This document shows positions 11,792 through 24,644 of a DNA stretch of 64,000 bases, in pieces. Source of the DNA: Octopus sinensis (Eukaryota); the NCBI RefSeq assembly GCF_006345805.1, contig NC_043002.1, positions 115,258,001 through 115,322,000 on the forward strand, in the 5' to 3' direction. Under the pieces are notes generated by a model. It saw only the letters and a list, made by a program, of their open reading frames with translations, searched no databases and had not been told where the DNA came from. The position numbers and the translations under genes are program-made. Within the stretch, counting starts at the first letter, position 1. Each line of letters opens with the position of its first letter.

Positions 11792-12152
11792 GAAGGGTAC
11801 TTTTTACAATAGAATGTCATATAAATTTTTGTTTATTCCCATGCCTTCCCCAAAAAACAAGCCTCTTGAATAGGACAGATTTGTGCAATTTTTCGCAAAA
11901 AATCTTCGTTGAGGATTTTTTTTTCTTTTTAAATTATTTACGTGTCTGTTTCACATGACTTTATTCATTTAAACTTATGAAAACTTTAGAACCTCTTACA
12001 ACTTTGGTCGGCGTAATGCGTTGCTTTCGTTTGTTTGATAAAAATTCCTCCTCCTAATGATCTTGCTTTCATTTCGTGATAGATTTTGCTTTCATTTCAT
12101 GCAGAAAATGATAGCTCCCAAATCCTGTTTTCTGATTATTCATTTATTCTAT

Positions 12153-12367
12153 TCTTTTACTTTTTCAGTCATTTGACTGCGACCGTGCTGGAGCATCCCC
12201 TTTAGTCGAGAAAATCGACCCCAGGACTTATTCTTTGTAAGTCTAGTACTTATTCTATCGTTCCCTTTTGCCGAAAAACTAGGTTACGGGGACGTAAACA
12301 CACCAGCATCGGTTGTCAAGCGATGGTGGGGGGACAAACACAACACACTAACACACACACACATATA

Positions 12368-12415
<48 letters not shown>
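12153..12415 (-). mobile_element. SINE family A, 3' half
   Basis: Same tail motifs; abuts the full copy at 12416. Confidence 0.9.
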
Positions 12416-12418
<3 letters not shown>

Positions 12419-12627
12419 TCTTTACTTGTTTCAGTCATTTGACTGTGGCCATGCTGGAGCACCGCCTTTAATCGAGCAACTCGACCCCGGGACTTATTCT
12501 TTTGTAACCCCAGAACTTATTCTATCGGTCTCTTTTGCCGAACCGCTAAGTAACGGGGACATAAACACACCAGCATTGGTTGTCAAGCAATGCTAAGGGG
12601 ACAAACACTGACACACAAACACACACA

Positions 12628-12694
<67 letters not shown>

Positions 12695-12857
12695 GACGGG
12701 CTTCTTTCAGTTTCCGTCTACCAAATCCACTCACAAGGCTTTGGTCGGCCCGAGGCTATAGTAGAAGACACTTGCCCAAGGTGCCACGCAGTAGGACTGA
12801 ACCCAGAACCACGTGGTTGGTAAGCAAGTAACTTACCACACAGCCACTCCTGCGCCT
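12416..12857 (-). mobile_element. SINE family A, full length
   Basis: Minus strand: AGGCGCAGGAGTGGCTGTGTGGTAAG (A box)...GGTTCAGTCC (B-box-like)...GGCACCTTGGGCAAG...internal microsatellite...GGCGGTGCTCCAGCATGGCCACAGTCAAATGACTGAAACAAGTAAAGAG. Confidence 0.95.
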
Positions 12858-13346
12858 AGGTAAAATTGAATTAAATTTAAACCACAGTAACATTTTTCTT
12901 CAATTTTTCCAGAACAAATAAGTAATTGAATCGGATTTAACGTGAAAAATTATTTCAAAATACCAAATTTGAAAATGTTCACTTAACTTTAAAATTTCAC
13001 AATATGTGAAGGCCCTACAAAAGTAGGGAGACCGAGAGTTATAAAACATCACACACACGCGCAAACACACTCACACACATACACGCACATTTACAAACGC
13101 GCACGCAGGTAATCAGGAGTTTAAAATGGTGTGTAGTAGACATATGTATGCATGTATGTATGTATGTATATGTGTGTGTATATGTGTGTGTATATGTGTG
13201 TGTGTGTGCGCGTGCGTGTCTGCTGTTAGTGCTTCATTGCGATGGACAGCAGAAAATGCGCCTACCCCCTCTCTCCTTAAAGCTACATATTCTTCACACT
13301 CTCCATCGGCGTTTTAAAATCTAGTAATATGTATGTGCATGTGTGT

Positions 13347-13403
<57 letters not shown>

Positions 13404-14139
13404 GTGTGTATGCATGTATCTATATATTTACGAAAGTATGTATGCAGCGTCACGTGTTTATCCGTGAATGACAGCTGTAAAAACGATACCATACCACTGC
13501 CGCTCCATATTTGTCGCTTACACAACACTGTTCTCCTCTTCCCTGATATCATCCACACTCACTATGCCACTACATTTCCCTCACAGTAACACTCTGCAAC
13601 CTTCTCATTATATTAAATAATATCCCATCTCACTAGGGGACCCCTTATAGATTTTTATTGAAATCCAATTAGCCTATAACTGAACTGGATGTTAGTTTAA
13701 CATGTGTGCAAAGTTTCGTCAAGATTGGTTCACTGGTGTTGGCAGCAAGATTGTAAGAGTTAGATCAATAGACAGAAATTGCCATTTATGTACAAGATCC
13801 ATTCGTAACGATTTCCTCCGAAGAAATCAAGAAAACCGTCGCCGTACGTAAATTGAAACTGCCTCTCGTCATATCATATAGTTCTATCAAGGCACAAACT
13901 TTTAAAATCACATGATCCGAAGGAACTAAGCAAATGTGTTTGAAAAATTCCTTTTCCTATCGCCATAGTTTTGTCGTATAATTTTGGCTGAATAAACAAA
14001 AGGCGTAAATCTGAGTAGCAATTGAGCAAAACGGACATTCATTTAAATAAACGACATTACAATATTTATTAAGTACATTTTCTTGTATGCATACACATAC
14101 ACAAACATACGCACGTGCGTGCGTACGTACATACTTACT

Positions 14140-14240
14140 TATGTATGTATGTATGTATGTATGTATGTATGTATGTATGTATGTATGTATGTATGTATGT
14201 ATGTATGTATGTATGTATGTATGTATGTATGTATGTATGT
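14140..14240. repeat. (TATG)n microsatellite
   Basis: Direct reading. Confidence 0.95.
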
Positions 14241-14719
14241 TGGTATGTATCGTCATTCAGTTAATATAATCAGATATATTTATCAAACAATTAATAGTCA
14301 CGATGTTTCAATCGTTTTTGTTTTTTTTTCTTTACCGCGCTTTCAATTTTTCATTTGCAATATTTCGAAAGGCCCATTTCTGAAAAGACATTTGTCATAC
14401 ATTTAATTATAGATAGATTTAAAAACCTAACGTATCTAACAAAATAGCGAATAGTATCTAGAATATAATTTAAATAAATAACTGTTAGGCTAGTGCATCA
14501 GAAATCTTATTTATTAAGCTATTTAATCGAAACTGACTTTCTGACGCCAGGCTAATTAAATAAATATCTATGTACATTATATATGGTATGCATGTTTAGC
14601 CAAGCGAAAACACGAAATAAAGTATCAATACAATTAATACACTCTCACACACACACATATACATAGCATGCATATAAACCGCGCAAGTAGTGACATATGT
14701 AGACTTATATGTTTATACG

Positions 14720-15300
14720 CACAAACACACATACATACATACATATACATACATACATACACATACATACATACATATACATACACACACACGCACAAAC
14801 ACACATACATACATACATATACATATACATACATACATATACATACATACATATACATATACATACACACACACAAATACTCATACATGCATGCATGCAT
14901 ACATACATACATACACACATACATACATACATCATACATACATACATACAACATACATACATACATAATACATACATACATCATACATACATACATACAT
15001 AATACATACATACATACATACATACATACATAATACATACATACATACATACATACATACATACATACATAATACATACATACATAATACATACATACAT
15101 ACATACATACATACATACATACATACATACATACATACATACATACATACATACATACTACATACATACATACATACTACATACATAATACATACATACA
15201 TACATACATACATACATACTACATACATACATACATAATATACATACATACATACATACATACATACATACATACATACATACATACATACATACATACA

Positions 15301-15332
<32 letters not shown>

Positions 15333-15378
15333 CATACATACATAACATACATACATACACACATACATACATACATAA
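14720..15378. repeat. Interrupted (CATA)n array, about 0.66 kb
   Basis: Direct reading. Confidence 0.95.
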
Positions 15379-15699
15379 TGTAAATACATATTTGTGTCAT
15401 TGTATTTACAGCTTTAATATTTACGACAATCTTTATAGAGAGACAAAAACGAGATCTGTCAAAAATATGTTCAGTATGAAGTTGCCTATTTTCAACAAAA
15501 TTTTGTTTCCGAAGCATCCACCCGTAATAAAGTTGTTCCTCTAATATTTTAATAGATCAGAATGTATGAGGTACTAAGAAACCATAGCGAATCGTTGAAA
15601 CAGCAGTACAGCATTTCTTTTTCATACACGATGCTCAAAAAATGGTGCTAAGTCAAAAAGAGTTTTCAACTTGCAAAACTCAACAACGGAAACACTTTT

Positions 15700-16340
15700 A
15701 GAAGCCATTGATATCACGGGAGATGTTGTGACCGTGATTATTAAAGATTCAGCCTCAAAGTTTACACCAGGACTGGTGTCTCCTTGTCATACTTTCAAAA
15801 ACTCCGCAAAAAATAGCCTTACTATCCCGTTAAAGATGCTATTGTCAAAACACCCTACTGACCAGCGTATTTACAGATATACTGAAAGAAGTTGCATATC
15901 CACACCACAAATGAGGTGGTAGTGCCAAGGTTAAAAGTTACAAACCTAATTTCTCTTTCATCTCACACGTCTAAGAATTTAGAACTCATTGCCTAAAAGA
16001 GAATTATTAACTAGTTCGAGGAATGCGACCTCTTAGATAATACACAGGATAGTTTTTTAAGAGGACGAGGTTGTGGATATTAACTGCATATTCCTTAATT
16101 TTGCTAAAGCTGATGGCAAGTTTCATCATCTGTCATAGATTAAGAGGTCGTGGCATCACTGAAACGTTCGGTGTATAGCTCTGTCATTTTACTGATTATA
16201 AATCTTTCTGCTACAGCCAACGGTCTGAGTCATCTTAATAAGCACAGTCCCTCAGTCGCTCTTATTTACCAACACACTATCAAGTATAAACGCACAGGTA
16301 CTCTCAGCCAATCTAACGATGTCACAAATATATAAATGGA
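15700..16340 (+). mobile_element. CR1/L2-group LINE reverse transcriptase remnant
   Basis: Degenerate RT motifs across frames: DSFLRGRGCG (QxGFRxGRSC-like), FLNFAKADGKFHH (LDFxKAFDxVPH-like), RGRGITE. Many stops and shifts. Confidence 0.6.
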
Positions 16341-17019
16341 AATCAGAACTGCCGATACATTTCAAAGTATACTAAGCCTAATCTATCAAAGAGCAAATCA
16401 AAATATGAATTAAATTTCATATTTTGCATTGAAATGCAACGACATTCTGGGTTCTTAAATACGGAGTACATAAGCAAAAGCGCAAATTATTTAACACATG
16501 ATAATAAATCAATTAACGGCTCTAACACAATACAGGACTTAGTAAGAATTATGTCAAATTATGCGTTTTCCGTCATACACATTACCAAACCACAGGGAAC
16601 ATCATGCGAACTTCTTCACATGACTGCAATCATGCTGATATTATAGAAAACCTTAGTTTTTAGTTGAGATTACTGTTTATAACTGGTTTCCAAATACCCC
16701 AGGTTTATATATGAATTTACACACACACACGTATGCATTTATGTATGTATGTATGTATGTATGTATGTATGTAGTATGTATGTATGTATGTATGTATGTA
16801 TGTATGTATGTATGTATGCAACCATGTATGTGACATCCCAATTTCGAGCTTATGCACGAGAAACATTCACAAACTTTAGACTTCAAGTTGTAACATCGCG
16901 TGAAACTCAGAAAATCTTCAATGCGCACCACGCAATCGCACACCCTAACACACATTCATTTATATATATGACAAGCTTCCACAAAATCTTCGTCAACAAA
17001 AGTATCTTGAAAAAGCAGT

Positions 17020-17157
17020 GGCCGGCCCAGAGCTATGGTAGAATACACTTGCCCGGAGGAACCATGCCGTAGAATTGAAATCGAAACCACGTAATTGCAA
17101 AACGAACTTCTTAATAACAAACTCATGCTGGTGCCTATAATCGGTAATTGTTTGACC
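17020..17157 (-). mobile_element. SINE family A head, highly diverged
   Basis: GGCCGGCCCAGAGCTATGGTAGAATACACTTGCCC...GAAACCACGT...ATGCTGGTGCCTA. Confidence 0.6.
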
Positions 17158-17640
17158 ACTGAAGTCAGGATGAGTTTCCAAGATATGTTGTTCACCGTTG
17201 CTACACTTGACTTAAACATAAATTGTTATGACGATTTAAACCATGAGTCCACCACTACTAGTAGCACAGTTAAGTGATTTTTTAAAGTAAATGTTGTTAC
17301 TAATGAACGAGTCATCTAACATTTGGTTCTGTATTTCACATGTGATACATAAAACATATTTCCATGAGGTCCATGTATCACATATGATACACATTCCCAA
17401 TTTTTATTTAACCACCAGACTAACTTGGGACTTGCGAAATGAAAACTTAAATTAGGATGTATGAAACAAGGGCTAATTAAAAGTCTGAAAACAAGCATGG
17501 AGGTTTAGGACAAACTTATAAAAATGCTTTGGACAAGCAAATAGTTAAAGGTTTCCATTCAGAAATGGTTTTCGAACCTACAAGATGCATTCCAAAAGTT
17601 TTCAGAGTATATTAAGAGAGACAGTTATAAATGTCCTAGA

Positions 17641-17981
17641 TTATTACCTCCGCCTTAGCGAAAGCCGTGGTAATGTTTTCAATCGCGTTAGTTTGTTTGT
17701 CCATGGACAATATATCTCAAGAACATCCGGATGAATTCGGATGAAACTTTCAGGGATATTTGACCTCGTGACTGGCACGAACTGATTAGATTTTGGAATC
17801 GATCTGGTGCCAAACAAGGATTCTGGATTATTTTTCCGGTTTTTTTCTTTTAGTATTCTCGTTTGTAAAAGCAGTCGAGTTTATTTCAGATATTCTCATT
17901 TTAAAAATCATCTCTGGCTAATCTTAGAGAGGACGTTGGTGTTGCCTTGGCGGGGATTTGCGCTCTCTGAGTGCTCTTGTT
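17641..17981 (+). mobile_element. Non-autonomous Helentron/DINE-1-like element
   Basis: Begins TTATTACCTCCGCC, contains GTTTGTTTGTCC...GATGAAACTTTCAGG...GATTAGATTTTGG, ends GGCGGGGATTTGCGCTCTCTGAGTGCTCTTG. CCTCCGCC/GGCGGGG act as subterminal inverted repeats. Confidence 0.6.
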
Positions 17982-18003
17982 GTAATTTTAGTTATTGTAA
18001 TTT

Positions 18004-18407
18004 TAGGCGCATGCGTGGCTGTGTGGTGGGAACCCTGCTCCACATGGTTTCAGATTCAGTCCCACTGCATGACGCCTTGGGCAAGTCTCTTCTTTTATAG
18101 CCTCGAACCGACAAAACCCTTGTAAGTAGATTTGGTAGACGGACACTATAAGAAGCCCGTCGTATGTGTGTGTTTGTGTGTGTGCGTGTGTGTGCCATTG
18201 TATCTGTGTTTGTCCCCCGCCACCGCTTGACAACAGACGTTGGTGTGTTTCCGTCCCCGTAACTTAATAATTGAGCAAAAAAGACCGATAGAATAAGTAC
18301 TAGGCTTTAAAAAATGAGTCCTGTTGTATATTTGTTCGACTAAAACTCTTCAAGGCGGTGCTCCAGCATGACCGCAGTCAAATGACTGATACACATAAAT
18401 GAAAAGT
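18004..18407 (+). mobile_element. SINE family A, near full length
   Basis: AGGCGCATGCGTGGCTGTGTGG...GGCGGTGCTCCAGCATGACCGCAGTCAAATGACTGA. Confidence 0.9.
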
Positions 18408-18429
18408 ACGCACAACCTGCTTAACCCTG

Positions 18430-19130
18430 CTTGTCACTGCTAACTAGTTTGCGGAAAGCAGTCGGAACGTGGAGTTTTGTGTTAAACTGAGTAAAAGCAG
18501 GACAGAAACTTATGCAACGCTCCGGACCGCTTTTAAATTAACCTTTGCGCTGACACAAGAGGTTCAACGACGATAAAGAGAGGTGAGGAACGATGAGAAG
18601 TGTTCAAAGGAGAGGGACGCCAGAACATCAGAGTTGGTCGATTAATTTGCAATTTTCCGAATGAAGATCGTCGTGTGTCTAAAAGACAATAAGCATACAG
18701 TTTGGAATTGGCAGCTGTACACGGAATTATTCATGGAGATCTGAACATGCACAAAATTTGTGAAAAGTTTGTTCCTAGAGTGCCCAGTGACGAGAATCCT
18801 GGTAACCAACTATTTGACAAAGATTTGCATCAAGACTGTCTCTCGCCATTCCTACAGTCTATACCTTGCTCCATGTGACTTGGTTATACACCAAGCTGAA
18901 CGGGAACCTCAGAAGCTGTCGTTTGAAGATGAAGGCGGCTAATATAAAGGTCCTGAACATCTTCACTTTGGAGGGAATTCTATGGAGCCTTCAAGAAGTG
19001 GCTGGAGCACAACACCAGGTGCATTGTAACCAGAGGATCCTACTTTGAATGAGATTAGAGTTTTGTAGTTCTTTGAAATTAATAAATGTCTCTCCTGAGA
19101 AAGTCTTAAAACTTCGGGAATGCACTTTGG
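18430..19130 (+). mobile_element. mariner transposase remnant, internally deleted
   Basis: NVEFCVKLSKSRTETY (HTH start), VHGIIHGDLNMHKICEKFVPRV (WVPHEL-like), YSLYLAPCD (YSPDLAPxD), FKKWLE...CIVTRGSYFE*. Confidence 0.8.
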
Positions 19131-19330
19131 ATCATGCGAGAAAATGTCATAGAACAGCGAAGAGCAATATGATTGGAATCAGAGAGAAACTGAAAGGTAA
19201 CGTGATGAATTGAAGCGTATTATAAGATAGTGTCAGAAAAAGACGTTTTTATTGCTATTGTGCATTTCGCTTGGAATCTGTAGGCAATTAATCTCCCCAG
19301 ATTACGATCATCTTTGTTCTTTTAAATATA

Positions 19331-19730
19331 ACTAGCAGTATCGCCCGGCGTTGCTCGGGTTTGTAAGGGAAATAACTATATAAGCATTTTTAGAGAGTTA
19401 TAGCCAAAAAATAGCAAAATAATGCATTAAAAATGGAATAAAAATTATGGTAATTTTTTTTAAAATCGTTGCCTCATCGTAGACATTTTTAGAGAGTTAC
19501 TTCCCTTATATAATAGCGAAAAAATGCATTAAAATGGAAAAAAATGATGGTAATTTTTTTTAAATCGTAGACTCATCGTAGACGCGCGCTAATACCCAGA
19601 AGGGCTCAATATGAATCACGACTATAAGATACCCGGTTTTGGTTAAACTGCACCGCAAAATGTGGGAGTAGTTAGGAATCTAAATCGTAGGAGACAGACA
19701 GCACACAACTTCACTTTTATATATAAAGAT
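19331..19730 (+). mobile_element. Non-autonomous Helitron-type element (Lep1-like), with internal ~100-bp duplication
   Basis: ACTAGCAGTATCGCCCGGCGTTGCTCGGG 5' hairpin; 3' GACAGACAGCACACAACTTCACTTTTATATATAAAGAT. Homologous to 54178-54690. Confidence 0.7.
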
Positions 19731-20094
19731 TACATAGAGAATATGTCATTTAGCAGTCTTTGTGAAGGTGGGGGAGGTTTTTGAAAGAGTATTTTAACAC
19801 AAAGCAAGATTCGGTATGAAAGAAAGGGATGCTAGGGCTTCCAGGAAAATTGATCAAATCCGCAGCATAAGCGATGATTGTGATAATATTAAAACCAATG
19901 ATAAAGTTGGGTTTGCCATATCTAGTTATAAATACGAGGTGATAAGGATAGCTAGTAAGATTGAGGTAGCATTACAGAGAGTATTCATGTCTGAGTGGAA
20001 AGTTTATTTGAGAGTTTTATTTTAATTTTGGGGCATTAGAACCCACAAGGCCAGTTACCCAAAGTGAGCAAGATTGCAACGTTCCCTCTCAACG

Positions 20095-20320
20095 GGACGC
20101 GGCCTGTTACAGGATTCAAGACCAACAGTTTTTAGGGGAGGGGACAAGTTGATTACATCGACCCCAGTACTTGACTGTACTTTATTTTATGGAATCCCGA
20201 AGGGATGTAAAACAAAGTTGACTTCGGAGGGAATTTGCACTCAGAACATAAAGATCTGGAAAAAACGCCGCTACGCATTTTGTCCAACGTGCTAATGATT
20301 CTACCAGCTCGTTGCCTTAT
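20095..20320 (-). mobile_element. SINE family B, diverged
   Basis: CGACCCCAGTACTTGACTGTACTTTATTTT...AAAGTTGACTTCGGAGGGAATTTGCACTCAGAAC...GCTAATGATTCTACCAGCTCG. Confidence 0.7.
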
Positions 20321-20439
20321 ATTTGAGAGTTAATGGTAGTCTTTGGAGTCCGAGGAAGACGGTTCTGCAATTTCTTGCAAAATAACTTGATAGAAAAATT
20401 GTTTGGAATTGTCTGTAGTGATCAAATGTTTATGATGCT

Positions 20440-20663
20440 CATAAGCCATCAAATCAACATTACCTGTGGAGTTGCACGATGTACCATATGTCAGATGTCG
20501 AAATGATCACAGAGTAACGTGAGATAAAGTGTTTTGCTCGAGAACACAACACACCGCCCGGTGCGAAAATCGAACCCACGTACTCACGATCATGAGTGAG
20601 AACTACAAAGCCATGTACGCTCACTAAGTCACGTGCACCCAAACCACTAAGTCACATTCCCTC
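20440..20663 (-). mobile_element. SINE family D, diverged
   Basis: Reverse complement contains GGGTTCGATTTTCGC (B box) and GTTGTGTTCTCGAGCAAAACACTTTATCTCAC, matching 23328-23617. Confidence 0.65.
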
Positions 20664-22147
20664 ACATTTGACAGTTATGTGGGTTGCTAATGTATCACAG
20701 GGACAGTGTGTAGCGTTAACTTTGCAAACTACTTATTTCGTTATCATTTCAACTTCCTCACAACAAATTAAGCAAAAACATTAAACCCTACCAACAACAA
20801 AACATCCAGATTAATATGTCATTCCTTCCTCGATACGTATCCCACCAGCTAAATTAACCACTCTAATCGTTGGTTAATCGCTCGCCAAAGCAATTCCAAC
20901 CATAAAGCAATCCATTGTTTAGATAACATTTCATTTTATGAAACTATAAATTTTGGCTCACTTCTTTTTAATCTAATTGCAATAACATTTTCCTGCAAGG
21001 CTGTAGGCTTGTAGAAAATTGCAGTTTATCCTACAAATAGAATATCTTATTAGCACTCTTTGCTAATAAGAGATTCTATTTGCAGGGTGGCGTCTATGTT
21101 ATCTGTCATATTCTCTGAAATAAAGTTTTAATGCTAACCACTTAACCTTTATTATTTGTATGTAGCAGTCATAAACCAATGTGTGTATATACATATAAAA
21201 TTCGAGGAGTGTACAATATTGTTAATCTCTATATCAATCTTACTGTTGGCAAGTGTGTGTATATACATACATAATATACGAATTTTGTATATCAATCATA
21301 TAGGTATGTATACTTTCGCGTATTCACACATAAACGCAAACGCGCGCACACGCACACACACATACACACTTCAAATCCGAGGAAACTAATGTAGATCTGC
21401 ATTAGAAAAGATTGCTTTTATTATTAGCAAAATTTGACGAGCAGTAAGCTATCAGAATTGTTAGCACGCCAGCTTTACATTTTGAGTTCAAATTTCCCCG
21501 AGGTCAACTTTGTCCTTTCGGGTCGAGCAGTAGGGTGGATATAAGCAACAAGCCCTTTCCTTTAAAATTTCAGGTCTTAGTAAAATAGGGAGTTTTTTTT
21601 TTGTATGTATGCGTACGAACTGATTTTTCTGATATATATATTTGCATATGGACTATTCTGTGTTTAGATGTAGGTATATACTTTTAGAAGAAGAATGTTT
21701 TCGTAAGAATTAAGAATATTTTTATGTGTATGCACGTGAACTTAAGGCTATATACATATTGTTGCTATTATGGAAAAGTATCGTAAGTCCAAAACGTTGC
21801 TTTTTCAGAAACCGAAGAAATAGTTTCACCATTCCATTTCTTTTTAGATTAGCAACAGGTTCAGCTTAATAATAATAATAATACTCTGTAGGGTGGATAA
21901 AACCCTAACTCCATACATGTATGATATTTTCACTTAGAAATATTTTTGCAACACTGTCGTATGTGGGACTTACAACACTTGAAAAATTCTAAACCGTTGA
22001 CAGTTTTCATATCTTGGCATCTGAAGCAGGTGGAGAAACGATAGTTTGACCAAAAGTACCGGCTATTACAAGCATAAATAAATACTGAAAAAACGCATTT
22101 GGACATACGACAAATTGGACATACGACAGTTTAACATAATAGCAACG

Positions 22148-22182
<35 letters not shown>

Positions 22183-23327
22183 TGTATGTATGTATGTATG
22201 TATATGTATACATATATATACATTCGCCAGTGAATATATATTGTATGCGTAGTGGTGTCATCCAAGCATACTGTATGGTGCGAGATCATGCACTATTATA
22301 TGACTGCGTGCGTGTGTATGAGCACATGCGAGCTAGCAACTTCATTTCTATTATTCCTGCGTACCTACAATTCGTATTCGTCTACACTATATATGTGTGT
22401 ACCTATGTCTGAAAATTTACCTGCCACAAAGCTAATGTCGAATATTGGTATGTTTATAGAGACATGAATACATATACTGATATTAATAAGCTTTCTACTG
22501 GTCACCAAACTGCCCGACAAAGCTCTCTCCTATCTCAAACTGTTCATTTTCCACTTCTCTTGAACTCATTCCTCTCAATCTTATTCTTATTTTTTTATCT
22601 TCTAAGTCTTATCTTCCTTTCCAGGTTCACTCTGTCTTAAATTTCTCAAAACGGACTTCACTCCCCACGTATTTGTCATATCTAATACTTTACCATTTGT
22701 GACGAATACATGTGTAAAAAACTAATCTGTACATCTTACTTAATATGGATGTCTTGCTAGAATACTTATATGAGATCCTTTCATATATGCGCTGAGCGCA
22801 TAAAAACATATCACTCATAGATCGTAGCAGACGATTCTCGTCTGCTGTAGGCACCGGAAATACTATATCACGTGATTTTATTCTATTATGTATCATGGTT
22901 GGAAGCGACTGGTCACTGCATACCGTTCAATTCTCGCTGTTACGTTGAATATCAGCTTCATTTCGGGCACTGATGTCGCAAATAGCCAGTAAGCTTATTA
23001 AAAATTTATTATTAACAATGGAAGCAGTATTAGTGCCACAAGAATATGGGACGTCCATGTTAAGTTGGATATAAAGATTACATTCTTATTTTGGTTATTT
23101 ATACGGCTTCCGTTGCTAATAATGAACATAATATATATATATATATATATATTATATAGAGGGCATTATTACACATAAATGCCACACGCTAGTAGGGACT
23201 TTTAAAGTCATAACTACCAAAAGTAAACAAATCGTACCGAATGCAATTCTCAAAGCGAGACATTTAAAAACAGAATTTAGTTCCAGATCACCTGGAAAAA
23301 AAATATATACATATATATATATATATC

Positions 23328-23615
23328 AAGGCACGTGGCTCAGTGGTTAGGGCATTCGGTTCACGATCATTAGGTCCTGAGTTCAATTACCGGCGATGCG
23401 TTGTGTCCTTGAGCAAGACACTTTATTTCACTTTATTTAGTCCACTCAGCTGGCAAAAATAAGTAGTACCTGTATTTCAGAGGACCAGCCTTGTCACGCT
23501 TAAGCTCCCTGAGAACTACGTTAAGAGTACACGTGTGTGTAGAGTGCTCAGCCACTTGCAAGCTATTCCGTTGATCGTATCAGCTGGGACCCTCGTCGAC
23601 CTAACCGACGGAGTG

Positions 23616-23617
<2 letters not shown>
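23328..23617 (+). mobile_element. SINE family D (tRNA head plus TCCTTGAGCAAGACACTT central domain)
   Basis: A box TGGCTCAGTGG, B box GAGTTCAATTACC, then GTTGTGTCCTTGAGCAAGACACTTTATTTCAC. Flanked by (TA)n. Confidence 0.8.
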
Positions 23618-23665
<48 letters not shown>

Positions 23666-23774
23666 AAATATTAGGGAATAAATCCAATTTACAGGGAAAA
23701 AATCAGATTTAGGATTAAATCGATTTTATAGTAAAATATTATAAAATATATAAAATAGTGTTTTGTCTCGAATA

Positions 23775-23829
<55 letters not shown>

Positions 23830-23961
23830 AGAACAATCTTACTTAGAAATGGATGCGTGCGTTCCGTCATATAATGTATTAATAAATAAAACATATGCAT
23901 ATATATATATATATATACATATATGTACTACCTACCTCTACATGTATATATACACGCATAT

Positions 23962-24457
23962 ATGGGTACAGGACACCAAAAAAACGTCGAACACAATGAG
24001 AAACGGAAACAAACACAAAAACAAGGAACTGGACATTTTTCTTAAACAACGAAAAAATAGAGTACGGGACACATAACAAGGAAAATTCCCCTTCTTCAGT
24101 CGCCATGGTTTCATCTACTCTGCGTTTCGAAGGTGAAGACGATACGCATCTTCGATAGAAACTTTCCTTCCTGCGAAAAGCAAATCAAATAAAATTTGAG
24201 ATCTTTTTGCAGAGGGGTAAAAATGGTAACAAAAACAGGACAGTAACGACAGTACAAAATATAAACAGTAAAAAACAGGACAAGGAGAATAACAAGACAA
24301 GAAGGGCTGTTAAGCCGAACGAAAAAAAGTATTACGTTTTTGTTACCATTTTTACCCCTCTGCAAAAAGATCTCAAATTTTATTTGATTTGCTTTTCGTA
24401 GGAAGGAAAGTTTCTATCGAAGACGCGTATCGCCTTCACCTTCGAAACGCAGAGTAG
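23962..24457. repeat. Fold-back element: 122-bp inverted repeat with 99-bp spacer
   Basis: 24115-24236 versus 24336-24457, 3 mismatches. Preceded by a ATGGGTACAGGAC-starting segment also seen at 37821. Confidence 0.9.
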
Positions 24458-24488
24458 TCGCTTTCAGTAGAAGTCCCTTTCTGTGTCC

Positions 24489-24613
24489 CTTTCAGTAGAA
24501 GAGCGTAGGCTCGAAACGTAAAAGACTTTTTCTATTCCTGAGCGTTATACTAATACATCTGTTTGTTTTGTACACCACCTGTCTTCGTCTTTTGTTTTTT
24601 TTTCGTAAATTCT

Positions 24614-24644
<31 letters not shown>

